From positions 1-63,875 of IMG/VR virus record IMGVR_UViG_3300031975_002169: a DNA stretch of 63,875 nucleotides, one strand, 5' to 3'. Each line of letters begins with the position of its first letter. Positions within the stretch are counted from its first letter, which is position 1. The notes under the pieces are model-generated. The model saw only the letters and a program-made list of their open reading frames with translations. It was not told where the DNA came from and did no database searches. Source of the stretch: a virus. Its lineage: Duplodnaviria; Caudoviricetes. Positions 36,947 through 46,538 of the stretch are shown here, piece after piece. Both the position numbers and the translations under genes were made by a program.

Positions 36947-37515
36947 CGCGGCGTCCAGGGCTCCGGTGGACGCCGAGGGTTGCCGTTGGGCGCCATCCTG
37001 TCGTCCTGGGCCCGGATGGACACCACCCACTCGAACCGCATCTGGTCGAGGTAGGGAGCGCCAGCGATCACGAAGCGGCGACGCGCCTGCGGATCGCCAT
37101 CGGCAAAGCGACCGTCTGCCACCACCTCCAGGAAGGCCTCCTCGCCGGGCCCCAGGGCGCGCGGGAAGAGCTTCGTCACCTCGGCCTCGGTGTAGCGCGG
37201 GGAGATCTTGCGGAGCCGCGCCTCGCCGCGCTCCGGGCTGCCAGCGTCCTTGGGGGCTCGGCGGAGGTTGCCGAAGTCCACCACCGGAGACGGGACGATC
37301 TCGGTGCGCGACACCACGGTGGCCTCGCCGCGCCCCTTGGCGCCACCGCTCCAGCGGAGCACCACCGACCACACGCGATAGGGTGCCAGGCCGAGGCCAG
37401 CGACGAGCGCGCGCGCATCGTCCACCACCGCCCCCAGCTCGGCCGCCAGGCTGCTCTCGGCCTCCCACTCGTCGAGGCCGCCAGGGACGCCGCTGGTGTT
37501 GGGTCGCTCAGCCAC
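36943..37515 (-). CDS. Head closure / head-tail joining protein
   Basis: Position in the neck module; 190 aa. Confidence 0.5.
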   Translation of the reverse strand: MAERPNTSGVPGGLDEWEAESSLAAELGAVVDDARALVAGLGLAPYRVWSVVLRWSGGAKGRGEATVVSRTEIVPSPVVDFGNLRRAPKDAGSPERGEARLRKISPRYTEAEVTKLFPRALGPGEEAFLEVVADGRFADGDPQARRRFVIAGAPYLDQMRFEWVVSIRAQDDRMAPNGNPRRPPEPWTPR

Positions 37516-37518
37516 GGA

Positions 37519-37965
37519 TCACCCGATGATGCGAGCGTTGACGCCGCCCGCGCTGGTGGCCCCCTGGTACTCGACCTGCGAGTACGGGTTCGGCACGACG
37601 CCGAGCTGGTCGGCCACGCGCAGCGTCCAGAATCGGAGCTGCTCGGTGAGCTGGGTGAACTCGGTGGCGTTCAGCGTGACCTCACCGACGCGGCTCGCCT
37701 TGAGCCTCGTGCGAGACTCCGCCATCTGGCACTCCACGCCGAGCGCGCGACACAGGTCGGTGCGCACGCGCGCGCGCGCCTCGGGCCGGATGCGGTGGAA
37801 CGCATCGAATACCAGGAAAAGCGGCTGGCTCGCCGCCGGATACCCGAGCTGGATGCTCTGCGCGAGCGCAGCCCAGTTGGGATACCCGAGGAGGCGGAGA
37901 ATCGAGTCCTTCTCCGCCTCCGTGAAGACGCTGGTGTCGTTGCCTGGGTCCTGCGCGCTGCTCAT
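37519..37965 (-). CDS. Head-tail adaptor
   Basis: FTEAEKDSILRLLGYP; helical 148 aa protein after the capsid gene. Confidence 0.55.
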   Translation of the reverse strand: MSSAQDPGNDTSVFTEAEKDSILRLLGYPNWAALAQSIQLGYPAASQPLFLVFDAFHRIRPEARARVRTDLCRALGVECQMAESRTRLKASRVGEVTLNATEFTQLTEQLRFWTLRVADQLGVVPNPYSQVEYQGATSAGGVNARIIG

Positions 37966-38010
37966 GGGGCGTCCTCCGCCCCGCTAGCGTACCAGGCCCA
38001 GGCCCAGGCG

Positions 38011-38544
38011 TCAGGCGCGGTCGACTAGCTCGAGCTGGATGCCGCACCGGCGCAGCATGTCCAGGTCGTGCGTGATGGAGGTCACGCGCGCGCCATCGTT
38101 GATGACCACGAGGCGCTGATCGATCGGCACGCGTCCACCCTTGACGACGCGGAAGACCTCGGTGTGGGGCACCGAGGCGAGGTCGCCACGGGACACGCCA
38201 CGATCGAGCATCGAGAGGTGCTTCTGGCTCCCGAACTTGTAGTTCTTGGGGAGGCGGCGACCCACCTGCTCCTCGATGACCTCCTTGCGAGGCGCGAGCT
38301 TCCGCAGATCGTCTCGGCTGATGGGCACCGCGCGCTCGGGCACCGGCGACACGGGGACGCCCAGGAGCCTGGCGTCGTCCGGAGCCGCCTCGTCATCGGC
38401 CGGAGCCGGCAGGGTGGGGGCCACGACGGCCTCAGCGGCCTCGCTGGGCGCGGACTCGGTGGCCTCGGTGGTGGTGCCAGCAGTGGGCTCGTCGCCTTCC
38501 TTGGCGTTCTTCTCGGTGACAGGAGCGGATCGGGAGCGGGCCAT
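38011..38544 (-). CDS. Hypothetical head-module protein
   Basis: SD GGAGG; low-complexity N-terminus. Confidence 0.6.
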   Translation of the reverse strand: MARSRSAPVTEKNAKEGDEPTAGTTTEATESAPSEAAEAVVAPTLPAPADDEAAPDDARLLGVPVSPVPERAVPISRDDLRKLAPRKEVIEEQVGRRLPKNYKFGSQKHLSMLDRGVSRGDLASVPHTEVFRVVKGGRVPIDQRLVVINDGARVTSITHDLDMLRRCGIQLELVDRA

Positions 38545-38588
38545 GAGTACCTCCAGGGGGGAACGGGTGAATCCTAGCCTACTCGAGA

Positions 38589-38631
38589 CGGAAAGACGAA
38601 GCCCCCCGTGCCTGGGAAGGCGCGAGGGGCT
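38589..38631 (-). terminator. Terminator after the major capsid gene
   Basis: Imperfect AGCCCC..GGGGCT stem then TCGTCTTTCC. Confidence 0.55.
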
Positions 38632-38652
38632 CCGAGAAGCTGAGCGCGCGGC

Positions 38653-40038
38653 CTACGCGTGCTCGATCACGACGGCGCGCTTGTAGGTGGCGAGGCCACC
38701 CGTGCTCCCGTCGGTGGGGGTGGGGAAGTCGCCGCTCCAGCTCCACGAGCTGGTGACGATCTGCTGGAGCGCATCCTGGGGCGCGCGGATGATGTAGCGG
38801 ACGCGGTCCACCATCACCACGACGCCACCGTTGACCATCGCAGGCATGTCGCTGACGCGACCCTGGACGCCGGCAGGCGTGATGAAGGCAGCGGCCTCGT
38901 CCACGTACTTCTCGTACAGAGCGCCAGCGCCCAGCACGAGGGTTCGACGGATCTGGATGCCCGTCTGGTTGCGGACCTCGGCGCCGATGTCGGGAGCCTC
39001 CTCCGCCGAACCGCCGCCACCGCTGGTGTCCACCAGGGAGCCGACGTTGGTGCGGATCGGGTTCTCGCGGTTCCGGTAGAAGCGCGCGCCCACCAGGTCG
39101 CCGATGATCAGCTCGCGGTAACGAACGTCGTCGGGGAGGCTCTGGTTGAGGCGCTGGAACGCGGGGTCCTGGAAGATCTGCGCCTCGCCCTGGGGCGAGA
39201 GGTGCACGTGGTAGAACCCGTCCTCGAAGGTGGGGACGTTGTTCTCGCGGAGGATGGCGATCGCGTTGATGACGGTCTGGAGCGTGAGGATCTCCGTGCC
39301 GGTCAGCGCGTCCACCGTGGCGCCACCGCCCTCGCGCAGGAGGGTGGGACGGAAGTCGCTGAACACGCCAGCGCGCAGGGCCAGGCCAGCGCCCAGGGCG
39401 GAGGCGAGGTCGAGGATGCCAGGGCCGAACGGCTCGTTCGGGTCCAGCGGCGTCGCGCCGATGACCTGGTTCGTGGCGCCACCCGTGAAGGTGACGGGGA
39501 TGGGCGCACCGGCGGAGACCGGGACGATGGTCCCGTTCGCCTGCACCTCGGCGAAGCCGTTGAGGCTTGCGACCACGAGCTGCGTCGCGCCGATGCCAGC
39601 CGCCAGGATGAGCACCGTGTTCCCGCCCAGGTACGAGCGGTACAGCGGGTCACGCGCCGAGCGGTTCATGTACTGGCCAGCGTGGAGGCCGAGCTTCTTG
39701 GTGTCCTCGATGAACGTGGACGCCAGCGACACGAAGCTGGTGGGCATGTGCGTGTCGATCGACTTGCCGTGCTGGGCAGCCGTCGCGCGCCACTGCTCCA
39801 CGGGGTAGCTCCCGCGCGAGGGGTCGGAGCCCGGCGTGAGGGGGCGGATGTCCACCTCCATGAGGCCGGTGCGGGTGAAGATCTGCGTCTCACCCAGGTT
39901 GGCAGGCCACCGCTCGGGGCGAGCCTCGTCCCGGTAGAGGAGGTTCGGGAACAGCGCGTCCCGGAACTCCCGCACCAGGGTCCGATCCTGGATGATGCTC
40001 GCCAGCTCCGGCGCGAAACCCTGTAGCGAAATCGTCAT
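38653..40038 (-). CDS. Major capsid protein (N4-gp56-like, HK97 fold)
   Basis: 461 aa after scaffold; FRDALFPNLLYR, LRENNVP..GFYHVHLSP, IIRAPQDALQQ..SWSW, KRAVVIEHA. Confidence 0.82.
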   Translation of the reverse strand: MTISLQGFAPELASIIQDRTLVREFRDALFPNLLYRDEARPERWPANLGETQIFTRTGLMEVDIRPLTPGSDPSRGSYPVEQWRATAAQHGKSIDTHMPTSFVSLASTFIEDTKKLGLHAGQYMNRSARDPLYRSYLGGNTVLILAAGIGATQLVVASLNGFAEVQANGTIVPVSAGAPIPVTFTGGATNQVIGATPLDPNEPFGPGILDLASALGAGLALRAGVFSDFRPTLLREGGGATVDALTGTEILTLQTVINAIAILRENNVPTFEDGFYHVHLSPQGEAQIFQDPAFQRLNQSLPDDVRYRELIIGDLVGARFYRNRENPIRTNVGSLVDTSGGGGSAEEAPDIGAEVRNQTGIQIRRTLVLGAGALYEKYVDEAAAFITPAGVQGRVSDMPAMVNGGVVVMVDRVRYIIRAPQDALQQIVTSSWSWSGDFPTPTDGSTGGLATYKRAVVIEHA

Positions 40039-40156
40039 GTGCCCTGTTCTCCCGTTTTCCTTCGAAAATGCCGTGCGCCCCGAGGTGGTCCCGACTGTTT
40101 ACCGCCGTCGTGCGCGTTCGGAGGGGCAGACGAATCCTATCGCGGCGGAGAACACC

Positions 40157-40197
40157 AAGCAAGAAGCCCCGACGACCACGTGGGATCGCCGGGGCTC
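40157..40197 (-). terminator. Terminator between scaffold and capsid genes
   Basis: AGCCCCGGCGATC..GGTCGTCGGGGCT then TCTTGCTT. Confidence 0.55.
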
Positions 40198-40219
40198 ATG
40201 TGCGTGAAAACGCCTGATT

Positions 40220-40963
40220 TCAGGTCGTTCCGTACCTCTGGCGCTTGTACTCAGCGTACTCGGCCGGGGTCATGGACATGGTGTCCTTCGGCGCAGGACG
40301 CCCGTTCTGCGACTGGTCCGCAGGCGGCGTCACCGCGTTGGGTGTGGTGGTGGTGCTGTTCGCCGGAGGCGCTGCTGGCGCTGCCGGTGTGCCCTCGAGG
40401 CCGAAGCGGACGCGCTCGGTGGGCTTCTTCAACTCCTCGGCGAGCCACGCCTTGCGATCCTCGGGCTTCGCCAGCCCCAGGCGATACGTCACGTACCCCA
40501 CGTCGCGGATCCCATGCTCGGCGGCGAGCCTGGTGATCTCCAGCTCCTCCCTGGCTGCCGCTGCCGCTGCCTCCGCCGTCTCCGCGCGCGCCTTGGCCTC
40601 CTGCGCCTCCTGCGCAGCGCGCTCGCTGGCGCTCAGCTCCGCCTTCTTCCGCTCGGCCGCCTCCGCCTTGAGGCGCTCCAGCTCGGCGAGTTGGTCCTTC
40701 GCCTTGTCGGGATCCACCCCCAACTCACGGAGCTGCGCGCGAGCCGCCTGAGCGACGCGCTGGTTGAACGCCTCCGCGTTGGGGAACGTGATGGGCTCGG
40801 GAGCCGGTGGCGTCCCAGCAGGTGGCGGAGTGTTCGGTGGAGTCGCCGGTGGCTGGTTCGCCGGTGGTGTCCCACCCGCACCGCCGCCACCACCGCCGCC
40901 GCCACCACTGCCCTCGCCAGCGGCGGACATCAGTGCGCTCATCATCATCAGCTTTCGAAGCAT
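40220..40963 (-). CDS. Capsid scaffolding protein
   Basis: Gly/Pro-rich N-terminus, coiled coil KAELSASERA, C-terminal MSMTPAEYAEYK. Confidence 0.8.
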   Translation of the reverse strand: MLRKLMMMSALMSAAGEGSGGGGGGGGGAGGTPPANQPPATPPNTPPPAGTPPAPEPITFPNAEAFNQRVAQAARAQLRELGVDPDKAKDQLAELERLKAEAAERKKAELSASERAAQEAQEAKARAETAEAAAAAAREELEITRLAAEHGIRDVGYVTYRLGLAKPEDRKAWLAEELKKPTERVRFGLEGTPAAPAAPPANSTTTTPNAVTPPADQSQNGRPAPKDTMSMTPAEYAEYKRQRYGTT

Positions 40964-41092
40964 TCTCCTGGATCCCTTCCCGGCTCTTCCCGCTGCCGTT
41001 CGCGTGGCTGAGACGATAGCACGGGAGACGGAAAGCGAAGGGCCCCGATCGCCAGCGCGACCGAGGCCCTTGGGGTGGGGCTGGTGGGTGGA

Positions 41093-41749
41093 CTACAGCG
41101 CGACGGTGTCGCCCATCTTGCTGGCGACCGAGGCCGGCGCAGAGCCGGTGCCAGGGACCGGCAGGAAGACGAGCGTGGCGCGCGTCACCGCATCGGCGAT
41201 GAGGAACTGGACCGCAGCGCCGGTGTTCGCGAGCGCCGCCTGTCCGGTGGTGGGCGCACCACCGCGAGCGATCACGGTGGCAGCCCCGACGACGGTGCCA
41301 GCGGTGGCCGTCGCGGAGAGCAGCGCGAACGCCTCGTACCCCTGGGGCAGCGCAGCGACGCCGGTGCCAGGAACGACCGCGACGTCAGCCGTGATGGGCG
41401 CCTGCTCGTGGCTGTAGTACGCCAGCTCCACCTCGGGGTCCGAGCCAGCGGTGTGGATGATGACGTTGCCGGTGGGGGTGACCTTGCACTGGTTCGCGGC
41501 GAGGGTGGCGCCCTCGTTCACCGGCTCCTTGAAGCCAGCGTTCGCGCCGCTGCGCAGGAAGCAGGAGACGATTCCAACGGCCTTCTCGCCATCGGGCAGA
41601 ACCACCGTCCCGGAGACCGACTGGGCCACGATGCGGCGCAGGAGGCCACGGAACGCGGCACCGCCCTTCGCCGTCTGGATGGCGGCCGGGAGCTTGTTCG
41701 GGTTGGCCTCGTCGAGGACCGTCTGGAGGGTGCGTGAGAGAAGGGTCAT
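41093..41749 (-). CDS. Putative virion decoration protein
   Basis: Ala/Gly/Thr/Val-rich; SD AAGCGAG; followed by a terminator at about 41030-41071. Confidence 0.55.
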   Translation of the reverse strand: MTLLSRTLQTVLDEANPNKLPAAIQTAKGGAAFRGLLRRIVAQSVSGTVVLPDGEKAVGIVSCFLRSGANAGFKEPVNEGATLAANQCKVTPTGNVIIHTAGSDPEVELAYYSHEQAPITADVAVVPGTGVAALPQGYEAFALLSATATAGTVVGAATVIARGGAPTTGQAALANTGAAVQFLIADAVTRATLVFLPVPGTGSAPASVASKMGDTVAL

Positions 41750-41809
41750 GTGCGCGCGCTCGCTTTCTTTTGGGTTTCACCCCAGCTCTGGAGGGGTCAT
41801 GGCGGGGAC

Positions 41810-42535
41810 CTACATCGTCTCGCGACCGCCCGCAACGATCGTGATGGACCCCTGACCGCTCACCTGCAATCGCGCAGGAGATGCGCTCCGGGGGAACTCG
41901 TTGATGAAGAGGCCCTGGACGTCCACGTCCGCCCCAGCTCCAGAAGCCGAGCCGCTGAGGCCGAGCGTCCCGGCCCCAGTGCCACCCGTGACGGTGACGG
42001 TGGCATCCTCGCCGGTGCCCAGGCCACGGACCTCGAGCTGGCCATCGCTGCGCACCGTGGCGCGCGGTGTGGCCAAGCCAGCGAGTGCGCACGCAGCGTT
42101 GATGCGCGCGGCGCACTGGGCAGCCGTCTGGTCCCCTGCCAGGAAGGCCACGCTCACCGCCACGGTGGCGGAGCCCGGCGTCACGAAGCTGAGGTCCAGC
42201 GTCTCACCGCCGGCGAAGCTCGTGGGGAAGGTGCCACCAGTGCCCACCAGCACCGCCTCGTCTGCGCCGATGCGGAGGCGGAACGGCGACTGCGTTCGCA
42301 CCATCAGGAACTCGATGGCAGCCAGGTCGTCCAGGATGTCCATCTCGTCCCAGGCCGCCCCCACGGCCCCAGCGGTGAGCACCTGGATCGGCTTGGCCGT
42401 CGCGATGATCGTGTTGTAGCTCTTGGGGCACCCCTCGCCGAGAGCCTTGACGAGCGTGTCCGCACCTGCCCCCGAGAGGCAGTCGGCCGAGCCACGCACC
42501 ATGAGCGACCCGCGGATTTCCAGTTGTCCTGACAC
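41810..42535 (-). CDS. Putative virion structural protein sharing a domain with the sheath
   Basis: VAFLAGDQTAAQCAARINAA..DGQLEVRGLGTG resembles the sheath insert. Confidence 0.55.
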   Translation of the reverse strand: MSGQLEIRGSLMVRGSADCLSGAGADTLVKALGEGCPKSYNTIIATAKPIQVLTAGAVGAAWDEMDILDDLAAIEFLMVRTQSPFRLRIGADEAVLVGTGGTFPTSFAGGETLDLSFVTPGSATVAVSVAFLAGDQTAAQCAARINAACALAGLATPRATVRSDGQLEVRGLGTGEDATVTVTGGTGAGTLGLSGSASGAGADVDVQGLFINEFPRSASPARLQVSGQGSITIVAGGRETM

Positions 42536-42569
42536 GCTTGCTCCTCAGTGAGATGGTGGGGCCGGAGCC

Positions 42570-42764
42570 CTACTTACCGCCGCCGCTGGGCGGGGTCAGG
42601 GTCTTGCCACCGGCAGCCTTGGTGCCAGCCGCGTCGCCGTTGCCTCGCGGCATCGGGGTCGCGTCACGCGTGGCGCTCCCGTTGCCGGGGAACAGCGCGC
42701 TCTTGCGCACCGGGTTCACACCAGCGGGACGCCCGCTCCCCGCACCGTTCATTCCGTCATCCAT
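42570..42764 (-). CDS. Small Gly/Pro-rich protein
   Basis: Strong SD GGAGGTG and upstream TACGCT. Confidence 0.5.
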   Translation of the reverse strand: MDDGMNGAGSGRPAGVNPVRKSALFPGNGSATRDATPMPRGNGDAAGTKAAGGKTLTPPSGGGK

Positions 42765-44433
42765 GGATCACCTCCGACGGGATGGAGCGTAGCGCGGGGA
42801 GCAGGGGGCGTCTACCGTCGCCGAGTGCGCGGAGGTTGCGCGAGCGGGCGATTGGGGTCCTCGCGCACCTCCGCCATCTTCACCACCGGCAGCGCGCCGC
42901 TCAGCGCACGCTCCGCCTCCTTGAGCTGGAGGTGCACCAACTCCAGGCCCAGCCGCATGTCCTCCACCGTGCCCTTCGCGGTGGCAGCCTCCACGATCTG
43001 CTCACAGAGCCCGATCGCCGAGCGCATCGAGCCCTTCACGTAAGCTCGGATCATCTGGTCTTCCGTCACCGACATCTCGCCTCCTTGGGGCTCGCGCCCT
43101 CGTCCATCTTGATGCGCTCCACGCGCCCCCCAGGGTAGACGCGCACCAGAGGCACGTCGTCGTGATCCTCGCTGGTGAGCACCACCAGCCACGCCGTCTC
43201 GCGCCCGCTGGGCAGCCAGCGCACCCTCCCGGCGATGCGCTCGGCGCACGCGTTGTCGTACTGGGCATCGGCCGCACCGCGCGCGAAGTCCACCGCCAGA
43301 TCCCACGCATCCGGCGAGACGCCCACGCAGTAGCGAGGGCGCGAATCACCAGGCGCGAGCACGATGAACGTCGAACTCATGACGCCACCGCCGGCTCACC
43401 CAACTCGCGCTCCCAGGGACCGCGGATCTGCCCCAGGCGCCCATCCTCCGCCAGGAGCGCCGGGAGCGCCGCCACCACCTCGCCGAGCGCGTAGGTGCCG
43501 CGGTCACCGCCAGAGCCCCCCGTGTAGCGCCAGCGCGCCCCCGTCTCAGCCACGTGGAGCGTCGCCACGTAGCGAGTCCCCTCGTCGGGCGAGACCAACG
43601 CCAAGCGCCACCCAGCGCCCTCGAGCGCCACCCAGCCGCGACCCTGGTGCATCCGCCACTTCCTGCGCATCATCATTCGTCCCTTCCCTTCGGCGCAGTG
43701 TGGAAGGCGTCCATCGCCTCCCGCCACTGGTGATCCGTGATCGTACCACCAGCCACCTCGTCGGCCTTCGCCGCGAAGCGGTCCGCAGCATCGAGCGCCG
43801 CGCCGCACTCCGCCTGCGTCTCAGGCGTGCTGGGCCACGCGTACTGATGCCGATCGGCGTCGGTGCGCGCGAGGTGCTGGAGCCAGAGCCACACGCGAGC
43901 GCGCTGCGCGCCCTGGTCGGTGGCCTCGGTGGTGCTGGTGGTGCTCACGACCACCTAAGCCCCGCCGAGGCTGCGCCAGGGCGGGGCTAGGTGGGCTCAC
44001 TCGGGCCTCAGCAGGAGGCCGCTCCGAACACCAGCCACTCGCTGACCTTCGCCCCACGCTTGACGCGGATGGCGAAGGCAGGGCCCCACTTGTCCATCCC
44101 GCGATCGGTGTAGTGATCGGCCACCGCTGCCGCACGCGCAGCGCGCTTCGCCGAGGACTTGGTCTTGAGGGTGCGCAAGGCAGCCTTCGTCCGCGCGCGC
44201 TCAGCCGCCTGCTCCGGGCCTCGGCGCCCCTTGAGGGCCACCAGGCGCAACTCCAGGTCGTTGCGCGCGCTGTAGACCTCGTTCTCGAGGTTCAGCTCAC
44301 GTACCTCGCTCTTCTCGGCGAGGGTCCCGGTGTACCCACCGTGTCCGTGCTCCCAGCGGGCCTGGCGCACCGCCTCGTCGAACGCCGTCGCGAGGTTCGC
44401 ACCCTTGATCGTCTCCTGAAAGTAGCTGGCTCC

Positions 44434-44514
44434 CATTTTTCTGTCTCCCTTGCTGTCAGCGCCCTGCGCGCTGACGAGGATGTGTCTACCTGACGCCACG
44501 CAGGTGAGCGAGCA
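44434..44514 (-). promoter_or_regulatory. Bipartite promoter plus leader hairpin, copy 3
   Basis: TGCTCGC (44508-44514)-N19-TAGAC (44484-44488); GTCAGCGC-GCAGG-GCGCTGAC-AGCAAGGGAG. Confidence 0.72.
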
Positions 44515-44541
44515 TTATTTCGGCTCGCGTGCGTTTTTTTT

Positions 44542-44904
44542 CTACCCCTCCGCTGCACCCACCGCCATGGCGAGGCGCTCGATGCGGCGACAGGCGCGCT
44601 CCACCGCTACCGCTGAGCGAATCGCAGCCCAGCTCCACCCCAGATACTCTGGTGGCGGTGGCTTGCCTTGGTTGCTCTGGAGGGCTCGGCTGGGAGGCAA
44701 TTCGACCACCATCGCGGTGGCACGAGACACCTCGTAACCACGCCACTCCTCCATCAGCGGCTCCAGGCTGGCGATGATCCGGTGCTCCATACGACGGAGC
44801 ACCGCCCTGTCGCACCGCATCACCCGTGCGACGCGCCGCTGGGGCACCCCCTCGGGGTGCGCTGCCAGCTCCGCCCACACCACGTCCCAACTCGGATCGA
44901 TCAC
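44542..44904 (-). CDS. HTH protein, sigma region 4-like
   Basis: GVPQRRVARVMRCDRAVLRRMEHRIIASL resembles the sigma-4 HTH pattern. Confidence 0.45.
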   Translation of the reverse strand: MIDPSWDVVWAELAAHPEGVPQRRVARVMRCDRAVLRRMEHRIIASLEPLMEEWRGYEVSRATAMVVELPPSRALQSNQGKPPPPEYLGWSWAAIRSAVAVERACRRIERLAMAVGAAEG

Positions 44905-45280
44905 GCCTTCCTCGCCTTCTGGGCGCGCTGATGCGCCCTGAGAAACGCCACGAGAGCGCGGTCGAGCGCACGCCAACGCGCACGCTCGGCCACCTTCCGC
45001 ATCGCCTCCCGCTGCTCCACGCGGAGTAGGGTGGCGATCTGGTCGCTGTAGTCCCGCATCACACCCCCCCTTCGTTGCGCACCACGAAGCGGCAGCCGGG
45101 GTTCACCTTCTCGAGGTAGGCGACCTTCACGTTGGCGAGGAACTCGTTGGAGCAGCGCGCCATCGGCTGGGCCTTGCTCACGCTTCCGTCCTTGTTCACG
45201 CTGCGAATCACCCAGGGGCGCTCGGCGTCGCTGCGATCCTTGCGTCCGGCCTCAAGTGCACGAAAAGCGGTCGTGGTCTT

Positions 45281-45357
45281 CATCGTTCCTGGCTCCCTTG
45301 CTGCCAGCACCGCGCTGGCTCCCCTTGTCTACGAACTTCCCGTCGGGATGGCGAGCA
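45281..45357 (-). promoter_or_regulatory. Bipartite promoter plus leader hairpin, copy 4
   Basis: TGCTCGC (45351-45357)-N19-TAGAC (45327-45331); GCCAGC-GCGGT-GCTGGC-AGCAAGGGAG. Confidence 0.72.
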
Positions 45358-45383
45358 TTATTTTGCTCGGCATAGCATTATTC

Positions 45384-46523
45384 TCAGCGACCCCCAGTTC
45401 TGCTGGCGATTCGTGCGCCAGCGGCGTCGCGCTCTGCTCGGATAGCGCGCGCACGCGCCAGGACGGCCTCCTCCTGGGCTGGCGTGAGCTGTCCGGTGGC
45501 TGAGGCGGCGAGGGCGCTCCTGATGTCGGTGGGCTCGGGGCGCGTGCTGGGTGTGTTCGGCCACTCGGGGCGCCACGGGATCACCACCTCGCGATCGTTG
45601 GGGCGTGCGGGTGGGTGCTGGTAGCGGCGTCCAGCGCCGTCCACGAACTCCTCCCGCAGACCGCGAACCTGGCCATGTACCGCCAGGGAGTCCGGTGCGA
45701 CGCGGTTGTCCATCATGGCGAGGATCTTCTTCTGCCCACCGGGGAGGTGCTCCTCCTGCTGATGCATCACCTCCATCGAGCTGGCGTTCTGCGCGAAGGC
45801 GATCTCGGTGCGCACCAGGCGCGCAGCCCAGTACCGATGGCGCGAGAACAGGCCCTCCGGGATGTTGGCCACCTGGGTGCGGACCACGCGTCCGCCTACC
45901 ACGCGAGCCCGGAGGCTGACGTTGGGCCCCCTGGGTCCGCCGAGGCGCTGTAGCTCGTCGATCATCTCGGACTGGGAGGCGCCACGCAGGAGGCCAGCCT
46001 GGAGCACCTCCTCGACCTGGCGCGCGATGATGGCTCCGTAGCGGTCCATGGAAGTGGGGATGCGTCGGAGCAGCGCACCGCTCACCGTCCGCTCCGCGCG
46101 CGCCAGGCCCGTCACCTCGTCCAGCATCAGGGGGCGCGAGACGCCGGTGAACGCCTCCTCGAGCGCTGCCATGTGGCGCACGCTGGAGCCGTAGCTGGCG
46201 CGCACCGTGGCCATCGCGGCGTCGTGCGTGATGCCGCTCATGCGCGCCTCCGTGTAGGCCGTCACGAGCCGCACCTGGTGCCTGTAGCTCTGGAGCGACG
46301 CTCCGGTGAAGCGAGCCGATGGCCCCCCGTGTAGGCGCGCCTCGCGGCGCAGTCGCCGCTCCAGGTCGCGGTCGGCCTGGCGCAGCATCCGGACGACCTG
46401 GCGAGTGGCCACGCGCCCAGGCCCCTGGCGCATGTCGAAGCCCCGCTCGGCGCGCAGGAGGATCTCCTGGAGCACCGCCTCAGCGCGCGCGATGCGGTCG
46501 AGCAGCGGTAGGGGGGCAGCCAT
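45384..46523 (-). CDS. Minor head morphogenesis protein (SPP1 gp7 / Mu F-like)
   Basis: AARLVRTEIAFAQN, DNRVAPDSLAVHGQVR..F..HPPARPNDREVV. Confidence 0.85.
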   Translation of the reverse strand: MAAPLPLLDRIARAEAVLQEILLRAERGFDMRQGPGRVATRQVVRMLRQADRDLERRLRREARLHGGPSARFTGASLQSYRHQVRLVTAYTEARMSGITHDAAMATVRASYGSSVRHMAALEEAFTGVSRPLMLDEVTGLARAERTVSGALLRRIPTSMDRYGAIIARQVEEVLQAGLLRGASQSEMIDELQRLGGPRGPNVSLRARVVGGRVVRTQVANIPEGLFSRHRYWAARLVRTEIAFAQNASSMEVMHQQEEHLPGGQKKILAMMDNRVAPDSLAVHGQVRGLREEFVDGAGRRYQHPPARPNDREVVIPWRPEWPNTPSTRPEPTDIRSALAASATGQLTPAQEEAVLARARAIRAERDAAGARIASRTGGR

Positions 46524-46538
46524 CGCCCAACCCTACCA

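Larger units (their letters stand above)
42812..45283 (-). other. Accessory island of 8 small hypothetical CDS (42812-43075, 43066-43380, 43377-43676, 43673-43954, 44008-44436, 44542-44904, 44901-45059, 45059-45283)
   Basis: Translationally coupled small ORFs between head genes, with two copies of the promoter/leader motif. Confidence 0.65.

Noticed and set aside
40780-40910. GCC/CCA-rich tandem-like repeats
   Set aside because: Encode the Gly/Pro-rich scaffold N-terminus; not an independent repeat element
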